The translations under genes and the position numbers were made by a program. Below are positions 19,603 through 30,649 of a stretch of DNA of 64,000 nucleotides, in pieces. Within the stretch, counting starts at the first letter, position 1; every line of letters begins with the position of its first letter. The DNA comes from an uncultured Verrucomicrobiae bacterium (GTDB taxonomy: Bacteria; Chlamydiota; Chlamydiia; Chlamydiales; Rhabdochlamydiaceae). The stretch is from positions 256,001-320,000 of the forward strand of contig CAWDYW010000003.1 of assembly GCA_963806855.1 (NCBI GenBank), in the 5' to 3' direction. The notes below the pieces were generated by a model that was not told the origin of the DNA, made no database searches, and saw only the letters and a program-made list of their open reading frames with translations.

Positions 19603-20811
19603 TTATTCTCTGACGATTGTTGGCGGGACCCGCTTCTTGATGCAGTCGCTCTCGATGATCACCTCTTTGATGGAGGGATCAGAGGGGATGTCGTACATCG
19701 TTTCGAGCAGGAGGCTTTCGGCGATCATCCGCAGGGCGCGGGCGCCGGTGCCGGTCTCCTTGGCCTTTTCCGCCATCGCGCGCAGGGCATCTTCTGTCAC
19801 ATGGAGCTTGACGTTCTCTTCTTGGAAAAGCTGTTCGTATTGCTTGATAGTCGCGTTTTTGGGCTTGGTCAGGATCTCGACTAGGTCTTCGATGGAGAGC
19901 TCGTTACAATTGGCGATGCTGTTAAAACGGCCGACAAATTCGGGGATCATCCCAAAGGCGACCAGATCTTCCATCTCCACCTTGGAGAGGAGGTAATTGG
20001 TCTCCTGGGAATCGAAGGCGGCAGATTCTGTCGTGTCGAAGCCAATGGTGCTCTTGCCGAGTCGCTTGGCGATGATTTTCTCGAGATTGACGAAGGCGCC
20101 CCCGACAATAAAGAGGATATTCTCGGTGTTGACTTTGATGTACTCTTGGTTCGGGTGCTTGCGCCCTCCCTTGGGCGGTACGTTGGCAACGGTCCCTTCG
20201 ACGATTTTTAGAAGGGCTTGTTGCACCCCTTCGCCAGAGACGTCTCGGGTGATGGAGACGTTGCCGGTTGTCTTGCGCAATTTATCGATTTCGTCGACGT
20301 AGATGATGCCAAGTTCAGCTCGGCCGATGTCGTAGTCGGCAGCTTGGACCAGGCGGAGGATGATGTTTTCGACGTCTTCGCCGACATAACCTGCTTCGGT
20401 GAGGGTGGTAGCATCGGCGATCGCAAAGGGGACGTCGATCGTTTGGGCCAGAGTGCGGGCAAGGAGCGTCTTACCGCTACCGGTGGGGCCGAGCAGCAGC
20501 ACGTTCGATTTGCTGTATTCGACTTCCCCTTTTTTGCCGAGTGTGCGGACCCGCTTATAATGATTATAGACGGCGACTGAAATAGTCTTTTTGGCTTTCT
20601 CTTGGCCGATCACATAGGCGTCGAGGGCCTCTTTGATCTCTTTAGGCTTGAGGACCTTCAGCTCATGGTGAACTGGCTTTTTCTCGATGATGTCGACGCA
20701 AAGGTGGACGCATTTATCGCAAATATAGCTGTTTGGGCCGGAGATCAATTTTTCTACGGCTTCTTCTGTGCGCCCACAGAATGAACAGGCGGGTGTCTCT
20801 TTCTTTGTCAT
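19603..20811 (-). CDS. clpX: ATP-dependent Clp protease ATPase subunit ClpX
   Basis: CSFC..ICDKC zinc finger, [31 protein letters not shown] loop. Confidence 0.98.
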   Translation of the reverse strand: MTKKETPACSFCGRTEEAVEKLISGPNSYICDKCVHLCVDIIEKKPVHHELKVLKPKEIKEALDAYVIGQEKAKKTISVAVYNHYKRVRTLGKKGEVEYSKSNVLLLGPTGSGKTLLARTLAQTIDVPFAIADATTLTEAGYVGEDVENIILRLVQAADYDIGRAELGIIYVDEIDKLRKTTGNVSITRDVSGEGVQQALLKIVEGTVANVPPKGGRKHPNQEYIKVNTENILFIVGGAFVNLEKIIAKRLGKSTIGFDTTESAAFDSQETNYLLSKVEMEDLVAFGMIPEFVGRFNSIANCNELSIEDLVEILTKPKNATIKQYEQLFQEENVKLHVTEDALRAMAEKAKETGTGARALRMIAESLLLETMYDIPSDPSIKEVIIESDCIKKRVPPTIVRE

Positions 20812-20814
20812 GGA

Positions 20815-21414
20815 TTATGCTGTTGCTTCTGGGGTCCGTGATGCAATTTTATCAATGATGCCATACTTAATGGCCTCTGACGGATTCATATAGTAATCCC
20901 GTTCAGTTTCTTCGATGATTTTATCAAAAGGTTGGCCCGTTTTATCGGAGATGATCGTGGAGGTGATTTTTTTCAGCTCGAGAATCTCTTTGGCTTGTAA
21001 TTCAAAATCGGAAGCGGTGCCTGTTAAGCCACCATGAGGTTGGTGGATCATGATCCGGCTGTGGGGCAGGGCATAACGCTTGCCTTTGGTCCCAGCCATG
21101 AGCAGGAGGGAAGCCATCGAAGCTGCCATGCCGAGGCAATAGGTGTTGATGTCGTAGGTCATGAACTGCATCGTGTCATAGACGGCAAGTCCTGCAGTGA
21201 TGTAGCCGCCGGGGGAGTTGATGTAGACGTTGATATCCTTCTTAGGGTCTTCGGCTCTAAGGAAGAGCAGCTGGGCGATGACCGTATTGGCGACCTGGTC
21301 GTTGATTTCTGTTCCTATGAAAATGATCCGGTCTTTCAGCAGGCGCGAGAAGATGTCCATTGCCCGCTCGCCACGGCCTGTGTCTTCAATGATATATGGA
21401 ATCGTATATGACAT
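20815..21414 (-). CDS. clpP: Clp protease proteolytic subunit (ClpP2)
   Basis: [29 protein letters not shown]. Confidence 0.98.
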   Translation of the reverse strand: MSYTIPYIIEDTGRGERAMDIFSRLLKDRIIFIGTEINDQVANTVIAQLLFLRAEDPKKDINVYINSPGGYITAGLAVYDTMQFMTYDINTYCLGMAASMASLLLMAGTKGKRYALPHSRIMIHQPHGGLTGTASDFELQAKEILELKKITSTIISDKTGQPFDKIIEETERDYYMNPSEAIKYGIIDKIASRTPEATA

Positions 21415-21744
21415 ATCAAACCCTATGATGTTGTGATAGTTAGGCTAAGGAGAATCTTCCTTCACCTCATTTGCGCCTATCATTGCAGAGTGGAAGTTAT
21501 TGCGCAAGTCTAGAAAAAGTTGGGGATTGGCTGCTCAAATTGAAGGAGCAGTAATGACTGATATTTAAAATGAAAATTCAATAAATATTATTAATTTATT
21601 TAATCGTTTGGAGTCAGTTGGTTGTAATAAAAAACGCTTTCTAAAAGCATGCGTATCAATCATTATTACCATTCGGTTCGCGTGCTTATAGTGGACGATA
21701 TTTCATTGTTCTGCTAGGATGAAAACAAATAATGGAGGTTATAG

Positions 21745-22324
21745 ATGGATCTAGATTTTGTGACGCTGGAAAATGCTCTTGAGATGCTCGGGGCAACGTC
21801 TCGAGAAATCGAAACAACATTATGAAGTTGTCGCAATAGGCGGGGGAAGTTTGGTTCTTTTAGGCTTTATTGATCGATCCACTAAAGATCTGGATCTTGT
21901 GGCGATTCTCGAATCTGGACGTCTTTTATCTGCAAATCCATTGCCGCAGGGCTTGATCAATGAGATCACTGCGATTGGGAAGGCTCTTGAGCTTGGAGAA
22001 AATTGGATCAATGGAGGGCCTACTGCATTATTGGATGCTGGGCTCCCCGAAGGTTTCGAGCAGCGTCTTGTGGTTTGTAACTATGGCGGCCTCACAGTCC
22101 ATTTTGCAGGTCGATTGGATCAAATTTGTTTTAAGCTCTATGCGACTGTCGATCAAGGGCCCAAAAGTAAGCATTTTGCTGACCTAAAAATGCTCAGACC
22201 TTCTGATGAAGATCTTTTGATCGCACGAAACTGGTGCCTTACGCAAGATGCTTCTCATGAATTTTCAGAAATGCTTGATCAAGCATTAAGCGCTTTGGGG
22301 GGCGATCTTGCAAACAGTAGTTAA
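21745..22324 (+). CDS. Nucleotidyltransferase (DUF6036/AbiEii-like); true start likely 21745, with a frameshift in GGGG at 21790-21793
   Basis: IGGGSL..RSTKDLD motif; GGAGG RBS before ATG 21745; MDLDFVTLENALEMLG joins QRLEKSK. Confidence 0.75.
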
Positions 22325-23213
22325 GCAATTAGATCAAACCCTTACCTCTCTTGCCTGGAGCCTGTGGACAGAATTGGGTGTTGCCGGTCTAGAAAGAAAG
22401 CATCCCGATTTTGGGATCGCGCCAGAAGAGATCATCATTTTAACTTCAGTTTTGTCTGATTTTGATCCCCGTTTGCGCGATGAAGCTCTTGATTGGTGTA
22501 TTCAATATCACCATTTTATTTCACCTGTCCGTCTTCAAATTCTCGCAAAAAAATATGAAGAATATATAACGGTTCCATTTTCAACTTTTGCTGCGACAGT
22601 TAATTCCCTTGCATCAACCAAATGGAATCTGTTAACAGATGCAGCCCCTCTCAAAATCCGCCCCAGCGGTAAATCTCATCTTAGGAACTTCGATAATGCT
22701 TCGATGATCTATTTTAGATTAAGAGCTCTCTTTGGTGTAAGTGTTAAAGCTGATGTTTTGGCTTTTTTACTTGGCGAAAAACGGGATCATTTTATTGCCT
22801 CAGATTTATTAGAATTGGGGTATTCAAAAAGTCGTTTGGCCGAAATCCTCTCCGATTTAGCCTTAGCAGGGTTGCTAACTGAATCGCAAGTGCGCAACCA
22901 GTTGCAATACTCTTTTAAGAAACTTAATCCCTTTATCAAATTGCTAGGAGCTATGCCCAAAAAATTAGTTCATTGGGATCGGATTCTCTCAGTCCTTATT
23001 CCAATTCGTTCTTGTCTTCATGCTACAGAAAATAGCCCTATTGGCGTGCAGATGATTGATCTTCGGAACCTGTTGAGTGATCTTTCCTCAGAATTAGCAC
23101 AGCTCAAATTAACCCCGCCGCCCCTCCAAAAGGATTTAGAAGTCTATTGGAGCTCTGTTACTGATTGGATTCTTGAATTCACCCAATCTCTTGCGCAAGA
23201 AACTAAGAGTTAA
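22308..23213 (+). CDS. Hypothetical protein with an internal wHTH; partner of the NTase
   Basis: Overlaps the NTase stop; ASDLLELGYSKSRLAEILSDLALAGLL is HTH-like. Confidence 0.7.
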   Translation: MQTVVKQLDQTLTSLAWSLWTELGVAGLERKHPDFGIAPEEIIILTSVLSDFDPRLRDEALDWCIQYHHFISPVRLQILAKKYEEYITVPFSTFAATVNSLASTKWNLLTDAAPLKIRPSGKSHLRNFDNASMIYFRLRALFGVSVKADVLAFLLGEKRDHFIASDLLELGYSKSRLAEILSDLALAGLLTESQVRNQLQYSFKKLNPFIKLLGAMPKKLVHWDRILSVLIPIRSCLHATENSPIGVQMIDLRNLLSDLSSELAQLKLTPPPLQKDLEVYWSSVTDWILEFTQSLAQETKS

Positions 23214-23328
23214 TCATTTGCCTTCTCCAATCCAAGTTTGCTGCATGGATGTTAAAAAAAATTGGGGATTGAAAAAACGGCGAATTTTTTGTATTCTATT
23301 TTTCAGAAATATTAATCACTATTAATTA

Positions 23329-24012
23329 ATGGAGAAAAAAATGACTATGAGTGCCATGTTAGTTAGCGCAGCAAAACCGCATTATCATCATATGGCTGAT
23401 TTAATGAGTGGTGCAGCCCATCATGTGTATAATACCACATCTTATGCAGCGCAGGATGGTGTTGAGAAAGTATCAACTCTATTATACGGGGCTTATTTAG
23501 AGCCGTTCAAAATTAATTTTATCGTTATTGCAGGCTTATGTGTAACAGGTAAGGCTTTAGCAACAAGGGCCTTCCATCTTAAGAAAAATGAAAAGTCATT
23601 ACCTCTTACAATTAATGGGGCAAATGAGTCCTTGAGTGAGAGAGGATGTTTTTTAGCAAAAAAAATCGCTCTTTATTCAGGCGCTGCTATTTGCTTTGGT
23701 CTTGCAGCTTACGAGATGTATGCAACAATGTCTGAGTATCATTCCGGCGGTATGGCAGGCAATTGTAAATCAATAGAAAATCATATTTGCGCCGCTTCCC
23801 GAGTGATAAAAGAATGCGAGGAATTCAATGCAGAAAGCGAGTTGAGGCATCAAGCGAGTTTATCATGGCTATCTCCGAAGTCTATTGAACCAGCTCGTAT
23901 AGTCATGGACTGCGAAAGAGCAGAAAATTTGAAGAAGATGCGTGAACTATCCTATACAGAAACTAATTGTCCTTCTATTCTCGGAAGAAATGCATCTTGT
24001 GAAATCAGTTAG
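23329..24012 (+). CDS. Hypothetical membrane protein with a Cys-rich C-terminus
   Basis: Two hydrophobic segments; upstream TTGAAA-N17-TATTCT (23269-23297). Confidence 0.65.
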   Translation: MEKKMTMSAMLVSAAKPHYHHMADLMSGAAHHVYNTTSYAAQDGVEKVSTLLYGAYLEPFKINFIVIAGLCVTGKALATRAFHLKKNEKSLPLTINGANESLSERGCFLAKKIALYSGAAICFGLAAYEMYATMSEYHSGGMAGNCKSIENHICAASRVIKECEEFNAESELRHQASLSWLSPKSIEPARIVMDCERAENLKKMRELSYTETNCPSILGRNASCEIS

Positions 24013-24118
24013 GATAGCTTGACACCCCTCGATTTTGGACAATTTATTAGGGTGTAACCTAATAATATCATTTAAAGTATTAGGGTACAGCCGAATTCAA
24101 TAGACAAAACGCTTAATG

Positions 24119-25645
24119 CTAAGCCTTTTCTTTCTTAGGCTTTGGAGCGGCCTTTTTCTTGGGCTTCTCTTCGGCTGCGGCAGGCTCGGCTGTTTTTTTG
24201 GCAGCAGCCTTGCGTTTGGGCTTAGTTTCGCTGTCGGCCGCAGCTTCTTCCTCTACCCCTTCTCCTATTTTTAGGGTGCTTCCAGCTTTTTCTTCCTTTT
24301 TCTCGGAATCGGCCGGGGCGGTGCGGGCATGGGCGATGATCCAGTCTTCTGTCTTTTCGAGCAGAGCGCGAGAATAGGCCTCGGCTTGCTTGATGTCGGG
24401 CTGGCGTGGATCGTGGTGTTGCTCGTAGGGGTAGAGGAGCGCTTCGAGCTGGTCGGCGGCTCCTTGAGGGAGATCTTTGGCGGTGATCGGCATGTTCTGG
24501 TCTGCGGCGATTTTGCGGCAGAGGTAGAAGATGCGGACTGCTTTTTCGGCTTGGTTTTTCACTTCATCGACAATTGCGCGCCGCTCTGGATCATTGCTCC
24601 GATCCCAGCGATTTTTGAACTCTGGGTCGCGGATCATCTGCTCAAGGCGGAAGCGGGTCTCTTTTTCGATGACGGCGAAGGGGAGGGCGAAGTGGTGGGA
24701 AAGGAGGAAGGCGGTCACTTTTTCACGCTTTTGCTCGCGGACATGCTCATCGGCTTTCTTATTGAGGATCTCTTCGACTCTATGGTGGAATGCCTCGACG
24801 GTTTCAACGCCGAGTTGCTTGGCGAATGCGTCGTCGAGGTCTGGGAGTTTTGCTGTTTCGATCGCCTTGACGGTCACGCGCACTTTTTTAGGTGGGAATT
24901 CGGCTTTCTCTTCTTCAGAGACGCTGTCATCGGGTGTGCTGACTCCTTCAAGGACGTCGCCCACTTTTTTGCCTTTGATGAGTTTTTGCATCCACTGGGC
25001 CATCGATTTGTCGGCCACTTCAAAGCGGGTGTTTGTGAAAAGTTTTTGCGGGGGGTCTTGTTCGATGATTTCGACATCGAGGAGGACGAAATCCCCTTTT
25101 TTAATAGGATGTTCGTTGGCTAGGGTCCATTCGGCGAAGAACAGTTGAGTTTGACGGATGGTCTCTTCCACTTTTTCTTTGCTTACTTCGGGGCGTTTGA
25201 CTTCTTTAAGGACGCATTTTGCTGGGTCGACTGTAGGAATTGTGGGGATGGTCTCAAAGGAGAGGGTCAATTTGGCCCCATTGGGACTATGGCTGATCAT
25301 CTTAAAGGAGACTTTCGCATCTTTATTGATGAGCGGAACATTGGCCAATTTCGCGGCTTCGCGATAGGCGTGATTCGCGATCTCTTCTTGCCAAATGCGG
25401 TCGAGATCGTTGGGGTAACGCTTGGCCACTATCTCTGGTGGGGCTTTCCCTTTTCTAAAACCGGGGACGACGACTTCCTTTCCAATCTTTTTAGCTGCGC
25501 TTTTATAGGCGTCATTGCAGATGGGACGGAACACTTCTACTTCGTACTCGACGACGCAGTTGGGCTTCCGATGGACCACTACATGGACTTGCTCGTTTTT
25601 ATATTCTGGATTGGTGTGGGTCTTTTCTTCAGTTTTTTGAGTCAT
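24119..25645 (-). CDS. tig: Trigger factor
   Basis: VPGFRKGKAP ribosome-binding motif, FKBP-like middle domain; upstream of clpP-clpX. Confidence 0.95.
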   Translation of the reverse strand: MTQKTEEKTHTNPEYKNEQVHVVVHRKPNCVVEYEVEVFRPICNDAYKSAAKKIGKEVVVPGFRKGKAPPEIVAKRYPNDLDRIWQEEIANHAYREAAKLANVPLINKDAKVSFKMISHSPNGAKLTLSFETIPTIPTVDPAKCVLKEVKRPEVSKEKVEETIRQTQLFFAEWTLANEHPIKKGDFVLLDVEIIEQDPPQKLFTNTRFEVADKSMAQWMQKLIKGKKVGDVLEGVSTPDDSVSEEEKAEFPPKKVRVTVKAIETAKLPDLDDAFAKQLGVETVEAFHHRVEEILNKKADEHVREQKREKVTAFLLSHHFALPFAVIEKETRFRLEQMIRDPEFKNRWDRSNDPERRAIVDEVKNQAEKAVRIFYLCRKIAADQNMPITAKDLPQGAADQLEALLYPYEQHHDPRQPDIKQAEAYSRALLEKTEDWIIAHARTAPADSEKKEEKAGSTLKIGEGVEEEAAADSETKPKRKAAAKKTAEPAAAEEKPKKKAAPKPKKEKA

Positions 25646-25668
25646 TCTGGTTCTCTGTTATAAAAGAA

Positions 25669-25740
25669 AGCGGGTAATGAGATTCGAACTCATGACCCTC
25701 ACGTTGGCAACGTGATGCTCTACCACTGAGCTACACCCGC
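25669..25740 (-). tRNA. tRNA-Gly(GCC)
   Basis: GCGGGTGTAGCTCAGTGGTAGAGCATCACGTTGCCAACGTGAGGGTCATGAGTTCGAATCTCATTACCCGCT cloverleaf. Confidence 0.96.
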
Positions 25741-25912
25741 AAAAAAAGGAGATTTTAGGCGATCGCCATTTTTTTTTCATCAAAAATAAAAAAATCGGGC
25801 GCGGGCATGGGCGCGCACACGGACACGAGGGTGTAAAAAAAAGATTTTGCTTGAAGGACTTTCGAAAACTTTGTAAAACCATATTTTAAACTTCGAGTTA
25901 GGGAACAATGCC

Positions 25913-28900
25913 ATGCTCAATTTTCGCAAACTAAAACAGGACTTCTCCTCCAATATCCTCAAAGAGGGTCGTGAATCCTACGAGGGGCAGAAGGTGGTCT
26001 CTGCCAAGCTGATTCATCTCGACAGTAAGACGATGCGGATCAGCGGCCGGGTCCTCGGTCAGTATGACAACTATTATGAGAGTGAGATTGAGATCGATCG
26101 TCAAGAGTGTGAGACGATTCACTCCAACTGCGATTGTCCCTATAACTACGATTGTCAACATATCGCTGCTCTATTGTTCTATTTAGAGCAGAATCTCGAT
26201 CAAATTTTGGTCGCCTATTCAAAGAGGCGGAACTTTCGGAAAATTTAGAAGAGGGTGAGAAGGAGGAGCTGCAGGAGAAATTCAAGGCAGCCAATGACAA
26301 GGAAGTGCAGCGTCAGGAGGAAAATCTCCAACGGCAAATCCTACAAGAATATGTCACTTCCTCTGAAATGCTCGCTGCTTCGCCTTTCTTTAGACCTGAA
26401 GAGAAGCGGGAGATCGACAAAGCGGAATTTTCGCTGATTTATAGTTTGCCTAAGAAGGGAGCAGCCATAGTCGAAGTGCAGGTCGCTCTCAGGTTGCCCT
26501 ACCGTTCCAAGCCGCTTCATGTGCCCAATTTGCGGGCTTTTCTCGAGGCGCTCCGTTTCGCTGAGCCGATTTTCATGGGGGGCAAACGGTTCTGTTTCTC
26601 GCTTGAGTCGTTTGAGATCAGCCAGAAGGAGATTGTTCGGATGGTGATGGATCATCTGCAATTTCCTGAGAATGTGTCGAGTGAAAGGGGGCTTAGGATC
26701 GGGTTGATTCAGCCTGAGTTTTTCGGTTTGATTTTGGCTCGAACTTTTGAGCTAGCTGAGCAGGAGATTTCAAAGAGTAGCTTTGCGCTATCAGATGGCG
26801 ACTTACCGGTGCTGCCGGGAATGTATGACTCAGGTTTTGAAAATCCGCTCCATTTCTCGTCGATGCCAGCCCAATTCTTATTCCAAATTGAGTATATCCC
26901 TCCCCCCAGTTCTAAAATTTTGCTCAATCCCAAAATTGTGATCGATGAGAAGGAGCTGACGCTCGAAGATGTGACTCTTTTCCAATGTGCGCGGCCCGGT
27001 GTGCTCTATGAGGGGACCTATTGGCGTTTCCCCCATCTGATCACCAGGCGGCATCTGCTCAATTTAAAGGAAATTCGGGATATGACGATCCCCGAGCCGC
27101 TCTTTGGCTCTTTTGTCGAAAATTCGCTGCCCGAATTGATGCAATTTGCCGAGGTGTCGAATCGGCATGTGATCGAGAATTTTGTGACGCTGCCGTTTGT
27201 CAATCAGGTGGAGACAATCTGCGATCTTTCTTATTTGAATGGGGAATTGGAGGCGGCGGTCCACTTTATTTACGATGGAAATCGGATTCCACAGGCGCCC
27301 TCGCAACTGAGTTATGAGCATATCACTTCTTTTAGTACCGATGAGGGGATTTTAGGGCGCAACTTGGTCGAAGAGCGGAAGATCATCGAGGATCTATTCC
27401 AAGACTTTATGCTCAATCCCGAGCAGGGGATTTATATTTCAAAATCGGACAAGAAAATTGTCGAGTTCATGACCGATGTGATCCCGCGCAACAAGGATCG
27501 GGTGAAATTCAATTGTCCGCAAAATCTGCTCGACCAATTCATCTACGACAAGACCGAATTTGTCCTCCATTTTGAGCATCTCGATAAGGTCGATAGCTAC
27601 CGCATTCAGTTGAAGGTTCAGGGTCTTTGAAGGGGATCAAGCTCGATCAGCTTTGGGAATGTATTGCGGCAAAAAAGGCCTTTATCGAACTGCCCCATCC
27701 TAAAAAGGCCAAGCTGGTCAAAATTTTGGTGCTCGATCTCGATCGGATCACCGGCGTGATTCAACTCTTCGACGAATTGGGAATCACGGTGCTCGAAGAT
27801 GGTAATCTAGATCGTCCACTCTGGAGTTTGGCCAATATCGACGAGAGTCAATTCGAGGGATTGCCGGTCAAATTTTCGATATCGGAGCAGCTTAAAGAAA
27901 TCCGGGCACAGATGCTCGGCGAGAAGAAGCTCAAGGCCTCTCCAATTCCGAAAGAGCTCAAAGCTGATCTCCGCTCCTATCAAACCGAAGGGGTCCATTG
28001 GCTCGAGAGGATCCGTTCGATGTATCTCGGAGGCATTTTGGCCGATGACATGGGACTTGGAAAGACACTCCAAGCAATTGTCGCCATCACGCAGCTAAAG
28101 AAGAAAAGTCCGGGCTGTGCGCTGATTGTTTGCCCCACTTCGCTTCTCTACAACTGGAAAGAGGAATTTGCCAAATTCAATCCCAAGCTCAAGGTGATGC
28201 GTGGTCGATGGGATTCCTTCGCATCGCAAAAAAACTGATCGAACAGACTAGAAAATGTACGATGTGGTGATCACATCTTACACTCTGCTTCAAAAAGACA
28301 TCGAGACATTATAAGACGATCACTTTTCTCCTATGTGATTCTCGATGAGGCGCAGCACATTAAAAACCGCGGGCACACGCAATGCCAAATCGGTGAAAAT
28401 GGTGCAGGCAGAACACCGCTTGATCCTTTCCGGCACGCCGATCGAAAATTCATTGGACGAGCTGTGGAGCCTGTTCGACTTCCTCATGCCGGGCTTCTTG
28501 GGCACTACGACCGTTTCGTCGAAAAATATATCCGCGTATCGGGCAGAAGAACAGATAAAAAATATCGAGTACTTGCGCAAGAAAGTTTCTCCCTTCATTT
28601 TGCGCAGGATGAAAGCCGACGTGCTCGACGATCTGCCGCCTGTTTCCGAAATCGTCTACCACTGCCAGCTCAGCCGATGTGCAGCAGGAGCTCTACCGCT
28701 CTTATGCTGAATCGGCCCGCGACGAGCTGGTCAAACTGGTCGAGCGGGATGGTTTCGACCGCGTCCAGATCCACGTCTTGGCGACGCTGACTCGCCTCAA
28801 GCAAATCTGCTGCCACCCTGCGATTTTCGCCAAGGAAAAGGCAGAGATGGGCGATTCGGCCAAATATGAAATGCTCCTCGAGCTTTTGCAGACGTTGATC

Positions 28901-29369
28901 GAGGGCAAACACAAGACGGTCATCTTCAGCCAATACACCCGCATGCTCCAGATCATGCGGGACGACTTTGAGCAGCGGGGCATCCGTTTTGCCTATCTCG
29001 ACGGCTCGAGCAAAAACCGATTGGAAGTCGTCAAACAATTCAATGAAGATGCCATCCATCTCTGTTTTCTTCGTCTCGCTTAAAGCGGGCGGAACAGGGC
29101 TTAATCTCGTCGGCGCCGACACGGTGATCCATTATGACATGTGGTGGAACCCTGCTGTCGAGAGTCAAGCGACCGACCGCGTGCACCGCATGGGACAGAA
29201 AAATTCCGTCTCTGCTTATAAACTAATCACTCTTGGAACGATCGAAGAAAAGATCGCACGAAATGCAGAAGCGGAAAAAAGGATTGGTCAAGAAAGTGGT
29301 AAGTTGCGATGATGAGGCGATTGCTAAACTCACTTGGGAAGATGTACTTAGAACTTCTTAAAGACTTAA
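25913..29369 (+). CDS. SWIM zinc finger + SNF2-family helicase (multiple frameshifts)
   Basis: [75 protein letters not shown] spread over several frames. Confidence 0.9.
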
Positions 29370-29393
29370 AATTATTACTGTATGATATGGCAA

Positions 29394-30485
29394 CATGGCA
29401 AGCAAATTACTCGAAACAATTGTTCGACTAAACTCGATCGACGCATGTTCCAACAAAGTCGGCAGAATGTTCGGGATTTTTTTCCAATGATATCGGCATC
29501 GACCTCGGAACAGCCAATACTCTTGTTTATGTTCGCGGAAAAGGGATCGTCCTAGCCGAGCCTTCTGTCGTTGCTGTGGATTCTGACGACACAATGAAGT
29601 GCTGGCAGTCGGTCATAAAGCCAAAGCGATGCTCGGAAAAACGCCGCGCAAAGATCCACGCCGTCCGTCCCATGAAAGATGGGGTGATCGCCGATTTTGA
29701 GATCGCCGAAGGGATGATAAAAGCCCTGCTCAAGCGCGTCACTCCTGCTCGCAGCCTATTCCGTCCCAAAATTTTGATCGCCGTTCCCTCTGGAATTACC
29801 GGAGTGGAAAAGCGCGCTGTCGAAGATTCTGCTCTGCGTGCCGGAGCGCAAGAAGTGATTTTGATCGAAGAGCCGATGGCAGCTGCTATTGGCGTCGATC
29901 TGCCCGTCCATGAGCCTTCTGCCAATATGATCATCGACATCGGCGGCGGAACGACAGAAATTGCGATCATTTCTCTTGGCGGCATCGTCGAGTCCCGCTC
30001 TTTGCGCATCGCGGGCGATGAGTTTGACGAGTGCATCGTCAATTACATGCGCCGCACCTACAACCTGATGATCGGTCCGAGGACTGCTGAAGAGATCAAA
30101 ATGACGATCGGCTCCGCCTATCCTCTGGGCGACCATGAGCTCGAGATGGAAGTGCGCGGGCGCGACCAAGTGGCTGGACTGCCCGATCACCAAACGGATC
30201 AATTCTGTTGAGATCCGCGAGTGCTTGGCTGAACCCATCCAGCAAATCATCGAAAGCGTGAAACTCACTTTGGAAAAATGTCCTCCCGAACTTGCTGCCG
30301 ATCTCGTCGAGAGAGGCATGGTGCTGGCAGGCGGCGGCGCTCTGATCAAAGGACTCGACAAAGCGTTGATCAAAGAGACAGGACTGCCTGTCATCGTCGC
30401 TCCGCATCCCCTTCTTGCTGTGTGCCTGGGAACCGGAAAAGCTCTCGAATATCTCGACAAATTTAAAAAACGACGAACTGCTTAA
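29394..30485 (+). CDS. mreB: Rod shape-determining protein MreB (frameshifted; start approximate)
   Basis: IGIDLGTANTLVYV, RPMKDGVIADF, IEEPMAAAIG, DIGGGTTE, LAGGGALIKG. Confidence 0.93.
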
Positions 30486-30500
30486 GTTCGGTCTATGGAA

Positions 30501-30556
30501 TCAACGCAAAGACGCAAAGAAAAAATAAATTCTTTTTTTGCGCCTTTGCGTTAAAA
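30501..30556. repeat. REP-like hairpin (acgcaaag family)
   Basis: tcaacgcaaagacgcaaaga..tttgcgcctttgcgttaa; near copy of the reverse complement of 40848-40937, including the flank aaaactgcc. Confidence 0.85.
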
Positions 30557-30649
30557 CTGCCTTACTTCTCCTACTTAAAGCACTTTTGGATGAAAAACTG
30601 ATTGCTCAAGCTTTTTGGGAATGTTTAAAAAATAATGATCCAGAAGCGG

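Noticed and set aside
24329..25663. Long plus-strand ORFs opposite tig (and similar antisense ORFs elsewhere)
   Set aside because: Antisense shadows of well-supported genes.
25658..25882. ORF spanning tRNA-Gly, and the GC-rich gggcgc/ggacac patch at 25797-25830
   Set aside because: The ORF overlaps a tRNA. The patch may be a decayed repeat arm but has no partner arm or second copy in the window.
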